Part shown: positions 16,029 through 24,233 of the stretch, piece by piece
How the letters are laid out: each line of letters begins with the position of its first letter
How positions within the stretch are numbered: position 1 is the stretch's first letter
Source: Verrucomicrobiota bacterium
GTDB taxonomy: Bacteria; Verrucomicrobiota; Verrucomicrobiia; Chthoniobacterales; UBA10450
Assembly (NCBI GenBank): GCA_003219225.1
Contig: QHPZ01000130.1
Coordinates: 1 to 27,201, forward strand
DNA length: 27,201 nucleotides
Direction of reading: 5' to 3'
Translations under genes and position numbers: made by a program
The notes under the pieces: generated by a model
The model's input: only the letters and a program-made list of their open reading frames with translations
Databases searched by the model: none
What the model was told of the DNA's origin: nothing

Positions 16029-18413
16029 ATGTCCATCGAACTCGAGCCGGATCTCCAATTGGAAATCGCGCATGTCCTGTTTATGGATGTCGTCGGTTAC
16101 TCAAAACTGTTGATCAATGAGCAGCGCGAATGTTTGCGGGAACTTAATCAGATCGTCCGAAATGCCGACGCCTTCCGCGTAGCTGAGGCCGCGGGGAAAC
16201 TTATTCGGCTGCCCACGGGGGACGGAATGGCACTGGCTTTCACCACCACGCCGGATGCGCCCGTCCGCTGCGCGTTGCAAACTGCGAAGGCGTTACAGCT
16301 TTACCCGGAGCTCAAAGTGCGAATGGGCGTGCACAGCGGCCCCGTCAGCGGCCTGACCGACGTCAACGACCGTTCGAACGTGGCCGGGTCCGGCATTAAC
16401 ATCGCGCAGCGTGTCATGGATTGCGGGGACGCCGGACACATTCTGCTCTCCAAACGTGTTGCCGAGGACCTCGCGCAGTACCGGCACTGGCAGTCCTACC
16501 TGCACGATCTTGGTGAATGTGAAGTCAAACACGGCGAAGTGATTTCGCTCGTCAATCTCTACAGCGATGAGATCGGCAACCCTCAATTTCCCGCGAAACT
16601 CGCCGGTGGCGGTCGCGCCCGGCATCATGCCGGCGCATCTTCCGCCGTGGCGCGCGCGCGGCGCGTCACGATAGTGGCGTTTTTCCTGGCTGCCGCCGCG
16701 GCTGTTGGCATTTGGTCTTTATCACGATCGCCCAGGCCGAAATCGTCAGCGGCGATGCCGACGTTGAATGCCGCTTCCTCTGTTCCGGAAAAAAGCATCG
16801 CCGTCCTGCCGTTCGAAAATTTGAGCGCAAACCAGGAGACAGCCTTCTTCACCGATGGCGTCCAGGACGAGATCCTCTCCGACCTTGCCAAAGTGGCGGA
16901 TCTCAAAGTGATCAGTCGCACCAGCGTGATGCAGTATAAAACGCCGAGGGCCCGCAACCTGCGGGAGATTGGCCGCCAGCTCGGTGTGGCGCACGTCCTA
17001 GAAGGCAGTGTGCAACGCGTTGGTAACCGGATTCGCCTCAACGCGCAGCTGATCGATGCGCGGACGGACGCGCATCTCTGGGCGCAGACTTATGACCGCG
17101 AACTTGCCGATGTCTTCGCCATTCAAAGCGAAATTGCGAAGACGATCGCCGATCACGTTCAACCGACAGGCGACTTGACGGCATACGATCTGTATTTGCG
17201 AGCGACACAGATTGAGCGTAGCCGGGCCAGTTCGATTGGCAGTGGTGGCGCCGAAGAAGCAAAACGAGAAGTTGGGCTGTTAACCGAAGCCATCCAGCAC
17301 GATCCCGACTTTCTACCAGCGATCTGCTTGCTCGCGCAGACGCACCTTTACCTTTACTGGATGAATGTCGATCAACCAGCGGCACATTTGGAGCAGGCGA
17401 AAAAGACACTCGATGCCGCGGTCCGCTTGCAGCCGAATGCCGGCGAAGTTCACCTGATGAAGGGAATTCTCTACTACTGGGGCGCGCGGGATTATGCCCC
17501 CGCCCTCGCTGAGCTCGCGCTGGCACGGCGGCGTCTTCCGAACGACATCCGGGTGCTTTTCTTTACCGCCATGATCGAACGCCGTCAGGGTAACTGGGGG
17601 GAATCAACCCGTCACCTGGAGCAGGCGGTGGCGCTCGACCCTTGTAACATCGCGATTATCGCAGAGTTGTGTGGCGCAAATTATTTCGTCCTCCAACGCT
17701 ATGCCGACGCGATAAAAAAAGTCGACAGCGCGCTGGCTTGGAAGCCTCTGGATTTCGGCCTCGAATACCTGCGCGCCTATCTCGATTTCGGGTCGAAGGC
17801 AGATCTCCGGCGCTGGACAGAACTTGTGGCGAGCAAAGCTGCTGAGAATGCCGATCCGAAGGATGTTGTCGTGGCGCGGGTAGATCTGGCTTTGAAGCGG
17901 CGCGATTATCGCGCGGCCGGAGAAGCATTGGCCGCTCACGCGGCGGCGGAAATTGACGACAATGGATTTTTCACTCCCAACGAATGGCGGCAGGCAATCA
18001 TCGCGCGCGGCTTGGGCAATAATGCCCGAGCGAATGCCGCGCTTATCGCTGCGCGCAAGCGCGTTGTCGCAACGTTGGAAAAACAGCCGGAAGACGCGAA
18101 GACTCTGATGGTTCTTGGGCAAGTCGACGCCGCACTGGGCCGCAAAGAGATCGCGCTACGCGAGGCTCAGCGCGCGGTCGAACTCCTTCCCGTCGCCAAA
18201 GATTCCGTCAATGGTTATCACTTACTCTTTCGGCTTGCCGGGATATACGCTCAAACCAAAGAAACGGACCGCGCGCTCGATCTGCTTGAAAGAGAACTTC
18301 CCCAACCGTACGGACTCAGTTACGGATCGCTGAAGCTGGACGAAACGTGGGATCCGCTGCGCGGCCACCCGCGTTTCGAAAAACTTGTTGCAACTCTCGC
18401 GCCAAAAGCTTGA
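16029..18413 (+). CDS. Class III nucleotide cyclase domain - TM - TolB-like/CsgG-like domain - TPR protein
   Basis: FMDVVG, TGDG, RMGVHSG, INIAQRV cyclase motifs; one TM; KSIAVLPFENLS...DGVQDEI...LKVISRTSV...LEGSV...WAQTYDR; TPR-like C-terminus ending WDPLRGHPRF. Confidence 0.9.
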   Translation: MSIELEPDLQLEIAHVLFMDVVGYSKLLINEQRECLRELNQIVRNADAFRVAEAAGKLIRLPTGDGMALAFTTTPDAPVRCALQTAKALQLYPELKVRMGVHSGPVSGLTDVNDRSNVAGSGINIAQRVMDCGDAGHILLSKRVAEDLAQYRHWQSYLHDLGECEVKHGEVISLVNLYSDEIGNPQFPAKLAGGGRARHHAGASSAVARARRVTIVAFFLAAAAAVGIWSLSRSPRPKSSAAMPTLNAASSVPEKSIAVLPFENLSANQETAFFTDGVQDEILSDLAKVADLKVISRTSVMQYKTPRARNLREIGRQLGVAHVLEGSVQRVGNRIRLNAQLIDARTDAHLWAQTYDRELADVFAIQSEIAKTIADHVQPTGDLTAYDLYLRATQIERSRASSIGSGGAEEAKREVGLLTEAIQHDPDFLPAICLLAQTHLYLYWMNVDQPAAHLEQAKKTLDAAVRLQPNAGEVHLMKGILYYWGARDYAPALAELALARRRLPNDIRVLFFTAMIERRQGNWGESTRHLEQAVALDPCNIAIIAELCGANYFVLQRYADAIKKVDSALAWKPLDFGLEYLRAYLDFGSKADLRRWTELVASKAAENADPKDVVVARVDLALKRRDYRAAGEALAAHAAAEIDDNGFFTPNEWRQAIIARGLGNNARANAALIAARKRVVATLEKQPEDAKTLMVLGQVDAALGRKEIALREAQRAVELLPVAKDSVNGYHLLFRLAGIYAQTKETDRALDLLERELPQPYGLSYGSLKLDETWDPLRGHPRFEKLVATLAPKA

Positions 18414-18468
18414 TACCCCGGCTAAGAAACGGCACGCCCCGATCCTGTTTGTGAATGGGTCTGTGGCG

Positions 18469-19683
18469 TCAACGTGCGCCGGCTTCGAGCATGCGAATGC
18501 GTTTGTCGCTGTGCGGAAGCCGAATGGTGAGGGTCAGGCCTTTGCCTTCTTTGCTTTCAATTGCGAGCTCGCCGCCGTGTTCGCGCACGATCCGGCGCAC
18601 GATCAACAGACCGAGTCCGGTGCCGCTGGTTTTGGTCGTGAAATACGGCTCGAAAACGCGGCTGAGGTTTTCAGCCGAGATGCCGCCGCCGGTGTCGGTG
18701 AAGGTGATGAGGACGTGCGATTCGTCCATATCGCTGCGAATGCGCAGGATGCCGCGGCGTTTGATGGCTTCGAGACTGTTCTTGATCACATCGTAAAACG
18801 CCTGCTTCATCTGATCGCGATCGATGGGCAGAAGAGGTAAATCGGCGCGCAGCTCCTGTTCGACGACGATGTCGCGGTCTCTGATTTCGGAAGCGAAAAA
18901 GCGCACCGTTTCATCGATCACGCTGTTGATGTTTTCCGGGTGCAATTGTGGCCGGGTCGGGCGGATGGCGCGGAGGAACTGGCCGACGATTGAGTCGAGG
19001 CGATTGATTTCGGCGCGGGCGACATTGATTGACTCCTGAAGCTCTGCGCGCGGGGCGCCATCGAGCTTGGCGACCTGGCGTTGCATCAGCTGGAAGTGAA
19101 TGTTGAGCGAATTGAGGGGGTTGCCGATTTCATGGGCGACACCAGCGGCGAGCAAGGTCAGCGCGTTCAATCGCTCGGTTTCGATCGTCTCTTGTTCGGT
19201 GCGCCGGCTCTGTGTGATGTCGCGCAAAATCATGGCGTGGCCCACTTTTTCGCCGGAGATCGTAGCCGCGGTCGCTGACCGCGGACCGGCGTCAGCGACG
19301 CCGGCTGCAGACTCGCGCTGCTCGATCACGAGCGGCACGATGTAGAAGTTAATGAACCGATTTTGCGGGTAGAAAATTTCCATGTCGCGACTTACGGGCC
19401 CGCCGCTGTGGGTAAGCGATTGCCAGTCGAGCCCGCGCACCCGTTCATCGAGGCGTTTGCCGATTGACTCCTCGGCCTGCAATCCGAAGAGCTCGCAAGC
19501 CGCCTCATTTAGATAAGTGATGCGGCCGTTTGAATCGGTGACGATGATCCCTTCCTGAATCGCATTGAAAATCGTTTCGAGAAAACCTTTCTCCTCGGCG
19601 AGGCGCAGAAAATAATTCTGCACCTCCTGCGGCTCGATCCGCCCGAGGCGGCCGATTAGTTTGTCGATAAACCCTGCTTTCAT
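18469..19683 (-). CDS. PAS-domain sensor histidine kinase (NtrB-like), likely partner of the sigma54 regulator at 5255-6676
   Basis: GIIVTD...ITYLNEAA PAS, AHEIGNPL H-box, DTGGGI, FEPYFTTK, GTGLGL; start at MKAGF. Confidence 0.93.
   Translation of the reverse strand: MKAGFIDKLIGRLGRIEPQEVQNYFLRLAEEKGFLETIFNAIQEGIIVTDSNGRITYLNEAACELFGLQAEESIGKRLDERVRGLDWQSLTHSGGPVSRDMEIFYPQNRFINFYIVPLVIEQRESAAGVADAGPRSATAATISGEKVGHAMILRDITQSRRTEQETIETERLNALTLLAAGVAHEIGNPLNSLNIHFQLMQRQVAKLDGAPRAELQESINVARAEINRLDSIVGQFLRAIRPTRPQLHPENINSVIDETVRFFASEIRDRDIVVEQELRADLPLLPIDRDQMKQAFYDVIKNSLEAIKRRGILRIRSDMDESHVLITFTDTGGGISAENLSRVFEPYFTTKTSGTGLGLLIVRRIVREHGGELAIESKEGKGLTLTIRLPHSDKRIRMLEAGAR
19262..19308. repeat. REP doublet (GTAGCC family) inside the kinase PAS region
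   Basis: GTAGCCGCGGTCGCTGACCGCGG-A-CCGGCGTCAGCGACGCCGGCTGC; translated AAGVADAGPRSATAAT. Confidence 0.9.
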
Positions 19684-19788
19684 CGCGCCATGGTCGATTG
19701 ATCGAAATCGAGACAACTGCGGGTGTCAAACCGATGAGTGTTGCTTGACCATCTCGCCGAACGTCGCAAGATCGCGCGTAGCGGTTGC

Positions 19789-20478
19789 ATGAAGGTTTCG
19801 ATCGTCATCCCATGTTACAACGAAAAGAATACCATCGAAAAGGTGGTTGAGGCGGTGCGCGCCGCCCCGGTGGCCGAGAAAGAGATAATCGTAGTGGATG
19901 ACGCTTCGACCGACGGGACGCAGGAGGTGTTGCGCACGAAGTTGTCCGCTGCGGTCGACCGGATCATTTATCACCCGGTCAACCGCGGCAAGGGCGCGGC
20001 TCTGCGCTCCGGGTTCGCCGCTGCCACCGGCGACGTCGTTTTGATCCAGGATGCTGACCTCGAATATGACCCGCAAGAGTATCCGGTGCTGCTCGAGCCG
20101 ATCATCTCCGGCAAGGCCGATGCCGTTTTTGGCTCCCGATTCATGGGGGGCCGCCCCCATCGGGTCGTTTTTTTCTGGCACATGGTCGGGAACCGGTTCC
20201 TGACGCTGATCTCGAACATGTTCACAAACCTGAATCTGACCGACCTGGAAACTGGCTACAAAGCGTTTCGCACCTCTCTGATCAAATCGATCGAACTTGA
20301 AGAAGAGCGATTCGGGTTCGAGCCGGAGATCACGGCCAAGCTGGCGAAGCAACACTGCCGAATCTACGAGGTGGGGATTTCCTACTACGGGCGGACTTAC
20401 GAAGAGGGGAAAAAGATCGGCTGGCGCGATGGCTTTCGCGCGTTATACGCAATCGTGAAGTACAACTTTGGCCGCTGA
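19789..20478 (+). CDS. GT2 glycosyltransferase, DPM1/ArnC-like (polyprenol-phosphate glycosyltransferase)
   Basis: [50 protein letters not shown]. Confidence 0.92.
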   Translation: MKVSIVIPCYNEKNTIEKVVEAVRAAPVAEKEIIVVDDASTDGTQEVLRTKLSAAVDRIIYHPVNRGKGAALRSGFAAATGDVVLIQDADLEYDPQEYPVLLEPIISGKADAVFGSRFMGGRPHRVVFFWHMVGNRFLTLISNMFTNLNLTDLETGYKAFRTSLIKSIELEEERFGFEPEITAKLAKQHCRIYEVGISYYGRTYEEGKKIGWRDGFRALYAIVKYNFGR

Positions 20479-20493
20479 TCGCGCGCTGAGACA

Positions 20494-21564
20494 ATGAAAA
20501 TACTGATCACTGGAATCTGCGGCTTCACCGGCAGCACACTCGCGCGCGCCTTCAAAGAATTCGGGGTAGATGTCGATGTTAGTGGAATCGACAATTTCCT
20601 TCGCCCGGGCAGCGAACATAATCGGGCGCCGCTCAAGGCTGCGGGCGTAGGCGTGTTTCATGGCGATACCCGTTGCGCGAGCGATTTTGATCTGCTGCCG
20701 AAGGTCGACTGGGTGATCGACGCGGCAGCGAATCCCAGTGTGTTGGCGGGGGTGAGTGGTGAGTCGAGCAGCCGGCAGGCGGTGGAGCACAACCTGAGCG
20801 GCACGATTAACCTGCTCGAGTACTGCAAGAGAACCGATGCGGGGCTTGTCCTGCTTAGCACAAGCCGCGTGTATTCCATCACTGCTCTGGCAAATCTTCC
20901 CCTCACGGTGGAGAACGGCGCCTATCGGCCACGGCTTGATTCTGCTACGCCCGCTGGTCTGACCACCGAAGGCATCGCGGAAGAGTTCTCGACCGCCCCG
21001 CCATTGTCGATCTATGGCGCGACCAAACTCGCTTCCGAAGTGATTGCGCTCGAGTACGGCTCGGCTTTTAGCTTTGCGGTATGGATCGATCGCTGCGGTG
21101 TGCTCGCTGGCGCCGGCCAATTCGGGAAAGCTGACCAGGGAATTTTTTCCTTCTGGATCAATTCTTACCTGCGACGGCGCCCGCTTTGCTACGTCGGCTT
21201 CGATGGCGCAGGACATCAGGTGCGCGATTGCCTCCATCCGCGTGACCTCGCGACGCTCATCTGGCAACAGATGCACGCACCCGATTGCGCCGCTGAGCGC
21301 ATTCAAAACGTCAGCGGTGGTGTGGCATCAGCGATGTCACTGGCGCAGTTAAGTGCCTGGTGCGCGGCGCATTTCGGCGAACACAAGGTCGGACGCGAGC
21401 CGACAGCTCGCGCCTACGATCTTGCCTGGGTGGTACTGGACGCCACGCGAGCGCGCCGACAGTGGGACTGGCGGCCGAGCATATCACTTGAGCAAATCCT
21501 GGAGGAGATCGCGCAACATGCGCAGTCGCATCCTGATTGGCTTGAAATTTCCAGCGCACAATGA
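20494..21564 (+). CDS. NAD-dependent epimerase/dehydratase (extended SDR, CDP-paratose 2-epimerase-like)
   Basis: ITGICGFTG Rossmann motif, AANPSV, STSRVY, YGATK (YxxxK), QVRDCLH. Confidence 0.88.
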   Translation: MKILITGICGFTGSTLARAFKEFGVDVDVSGIDNFLRPGSEHNRAPLKAAGVGVFHGDTRCASDFDLLPKVDWVIDAAANPSVLAGVSGESSSRQAVEHNLSGTINLLEYCKRTDAGLVLLSTSRVYSITALANLPLTVENGAYRPRLDSATPAGLTTEGIAEEFSTAPPLSIYGATKLASEVIALEYGSAFSFAVWIDRCGVLAGAGQFGKADQGIFSFWINSYLRRRPLCYVGFDGAGHQVRDCLHPRDLATLIWQQMHAPDCAAERIQNVSGGVASAMSLAQLSAWCAAHFGEHKVGREPTARAYDLAWVVLDATRARRQWDWRPSISLEQILEEIAQHAQSHPDWLEISSAQ

Positions 21565-22334
21565 ATAGCGGAGCTGGCGAGTCCTCACGAGCGCTGCGGT
21601 TGCTCTCGGTGGTGATTCCGGCGCGCGACGAAGAAGGGTGCATCGCGTCCACAGTCGAGCATCTGTATGTGGAACTGCGGCTCCAGGAAGTGCCGCATGA
21701 AATTGTAGTGGTGGACGATGGCAGTTGCGACGCGACCTGGTCGATCCTGCAATCGCTCCGTCAGCGTGTCCCGACGCTGCGGCCGGTGCAAAATCCCTCG
21801 CCGCATGGCTTCGGACGCGCCGTCAGCCGCGGCTTCGATCATATGATGGGCGACGCGGTTGTTCTGATGATGGCGGACGAATCGGATGACTGCCGCGACG
21901 TGGTGCGTTACTGGAAGAAACTGAACGAAGGCTATGATTGTGTTTTCGGCAGTCGCTTCGTCCGCGGGGGCGGGGTGATCGATTATCCGAAACTCAAACT
22001 GCTGCTCAACCGCCTCGCCAACTATTTCCTCAAGGTGCTCTTTCGCATCAGTCTCAATGACACAACCAACGCTTTCAAAGCCTACCGCAAGGAGGTAATC
22101 GATGGCTGCCGGCCGCTGATCGCGCCACACTTTAATATCACAATCGAAATTCCATTGAAGGCGATTGTGCGCGGCTATTCCTGGACAACAATTCCTATTA
22201 CCTGGCGCAATCGCCGCACCGGGACGGCAAAACTGAAGCTAAAAGAGATGGGCAGCCGCTACTTGTTCATCTGCTTTTACGTGTGGCTAGAAAAATACTT
22301 CAGCCGCGGAGATTACCGGCGTAGCGATACGTAG
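21561..22334 (+). CDS. GT2 glycosyltransferase, DPM1-like
   Basis: SVVIPARDEE, VVDDGS, GFGRAV, MADESD, VFGSRF, DTTNAFKAYR; ATGA overlap with the epimerase. Confidence 0.9.
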   Translation: MNSGAGESSRALRLLSVVIPARDEEGCIASTVEHLYVELRLQEVPHEIVVVDDGSCDATWSILQSLRQRVPTLRPVQNPSPHGFGRAVSRGFDHMMGDAVVLMMADESDDCRDVVRYWKKLNEGYDCVFGSRFVRGGGVIDYPKLKLLLNRLANYFLKVLFRISLNDTTNAFKAYRKEVIDGCRPLIAPHFNITIEIPLKAIVRGYSWTTIPITWRNRRTGTAKLKLKEMGSRYLFICFYVWLEKYFSRGDYRRSDT

Positions 22335-22382
22335 TTACTTCCAGGCGAGCATTTGTACCTGGGAAGGTTGCGCAATGATAAC

Positions 22383-24050
22383 TCATCTTTCGCTCACAGG
22401 TGTAAGGTTTAAGATCACGCCGTATCGCGCCGCGCTCGTTACGGTCCATTGATAACCATCAACTCTTGGCAAGCGCGGTCCTACTGAAGTCGCTTCCTCC
22501 AAACTGGTAAACAGCGCGTAGACCGGAGTGGAATGCGTCACCCCATATCTGGCAAGAGCAAGGGCGTCTTCTGATCGATACCGCCAGATCTGGCTCCATC
22601 CGTACGGCTCGACGGCGGCGGCGATGAATGGTTTCGGTAAGAGTGCGTTCAGGTAAACGGGATTGATTGTTGAGAAAACGATGCCCGGGTTTCGTGCACA
22701 CATTTTAGTGAACCATCTCTGGCCCATGAAACGCGGCGACGAAAGCTGAGCGCGGGTAAAGTGCAAAGCGTCCCATGCCTGCGATCGCCCCCGCAACAAT
22801 GGCTTGTATTCTGAGTTTGACGGGTAACCGGTGCAAGCAGCGGCGAAGATGAGCAGAATAAGAAAGGCAGCGAGTTTCTGTCGACCATGGCAAACCCGCG
22901 CCATGGCCCACTCAACCGGCAGAACTGCCAGCGCAACTGAGACAACCAAAAGCGGCAGGTAAAAGCGGCCGTCCACGAAAGCGTAAAACATGGTTGCGAT
23001 AAAGAAAACAAGGGCAGCAGTCAACGCGCAGAGGGTAAATCGCTCCCATCGCAGGAAAGTTACGCCGGCCAGCAGGAGAGCAATGTAAGCCGGCACGTAG
23101 TAAGTGCCGGTGCCAAACATATGGGCAACGTTAAACTCAGTCGATTGCAGCGTGCAGTAGTTCCACAGCATTGTCAGATGCCATGGAATGTGTTTCGGCA
23201 AGAAAAGCAGATGGCGTTCAAATAGCGCTGGGTTCCAAAAGTGATAACCGGTTTTGAATGGATCATGGAATTGAAGAGCGTTGAGCGCAAAGGTCGGGCT
23301 GACGGCGAGACCAAAGCTAAGCAGACACCCGCTGCAATGTGCGAACCAGCGAATACGGCTGGTCGGCACCGGGAAGATCGCCATCGCCAGGAGTAAAGGG
23401 ATAAAGAACAGCATTTGAGCGCGGATGTTGAAGGCAAACCCGAGCAAAACTGCGCCAGTATAAATCGCCCAGCGGCGCTCACGCTTAAGTCCTAGGTAAA
23501 CGAAAGCGAATGCCCCGTAAACGAACGCCGACGCGCTGATCTCACTTAAGGAAGATCGACAATAAGTAAAGAACGCCGGCAACGTCGCCAGTAGGAGGGC
23601 CGCGACGCCGCCGGCCAGTGGACGCTTGAGGTAGGAATAGAAGGCAAACACAAGGATCAACATCAAAAAGCCGATTGTCTGATTGGCTCGAAACGGCGCA
23701 AGAACGCTGTCGGGTTCCGGAAGAGCTTTCAACCACGGCAGCATCAGAACCGGATAACCCATCGGATATTGAGAGGGTAATTTGTCGAATCCGATCTGAA
23801 TCTTGGGAAGACCGCCCGCGGCGAGCGACTTGGCCTGCGCAAAATATTCCGTGGCATCGGGGTATGGGCGGAGGTCCAGAAGCTTGGTGTTCTCGTAGCC
23901 GATATTTAAAACTGCGGCGTAATAAAAAACCAGAGCACAAAGCAGTAACGCCATTCCCCAAAGAAACTTCATCTCCCACAAGCCAGCTCGGACAAGGTGA
24001 CGTGACGCAGAAAGCAGCTGCGCCCTCACACGCTCTGGCTTGTCGAACAT
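22383..24050 (-). CDS. Multi-pass membrane glycosyltransferase, GT-C fold (ArnT/PMT-like), putative
   Basis: N-terminal TM followed by PDATEY acidic loop, YPMGYP, SEISAS, many TM helices, DGRFYLP, soluble C-terminal domain; start uncertain (24101/24050). Confidence 0.7.
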   Translation of the reverse strand: MFDKPERVRAQLLSASRHLVRAGLWEMKFLWGMALLLCALVFYYAAVLNIGYENTKLLDLRPYPDATEYFAQAKSLAAGGLPKIQIGFDKLPSQYPMGYPVLMLPWLKALPEPDSVLAPFRANQTIGFLMLILVFAFYSYLKRPLAGGVAALLLATLPAFFTYCRSSLSEISASAFVYGAFAFVYLGLKRERRWAIYTGAVLLGFAFNIRAQMLFFIPLLLAMAIFPVPTSRIRWFAHCSGCLLSFGLAVSPTFALNALQFHDPFKTGYHFWNPALFERHLLFLPKHIPWHLTMLWNYCTLQSTEFNVAHMFGTGTYYVPAYIALLLAGVTFLRWERFTLCALTAALVFFIATMFYAFVDGRFYLPLLVVSVALAVLPVEWAMARVCHGRQKLAAFLILLIFAAACTGYPSNSEYKPLLRGRSQAWDALHFTRAQLSSPRFMGQRWFTKMCARNPGIVFSTINPVYLNALLPKPFIAAAVEPYGWSQIWRYRSEDALALARYGVTHSTPVYALFTSLEEATSVGPRLPRVDGYQWTVTSAARYGVILNLTPVSER

Positions 24051-24233
24051 GCGGTGAAGTTTGGGATTTACATTGGCAGGCGGCAATCTCCAAATCTGCA
24101 ACCGATTGAGATTGCTTGATGTCGCATCTCAACCAGAGTACTAGATCGACAGCGAGAGGAAAGGCGAACCAACGTCGTTTCAGTCTGCTCTTGCGACAGC
24201 TGTAAACCTGACAGGAGAACACCCATCAAGCTC

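Noticed and set aside
16650-16660. (GC)5G dinucleotide run in the cyclase linker as a phase-variation tract
   Set aside because: Too short, expected at this GC content, and the frame is intact.
438-19308. Repeated palindromes as a CRISPR array
   Set aside because: Dispersed, no regular repeat-spacer period, no cas genes.
22335-22382. Imperfect hairpin CTTCCAGG...CCTGGGAAG between convergent genes as a terminator or REP
   Set aside because: Long loop, no U-tract, no second copy in the window.
24104-24133. TTGAGAT...ATCTCAA hairpin in the divergent intergenic region
   Set aside because: Single weak stem with no recognisable motif.
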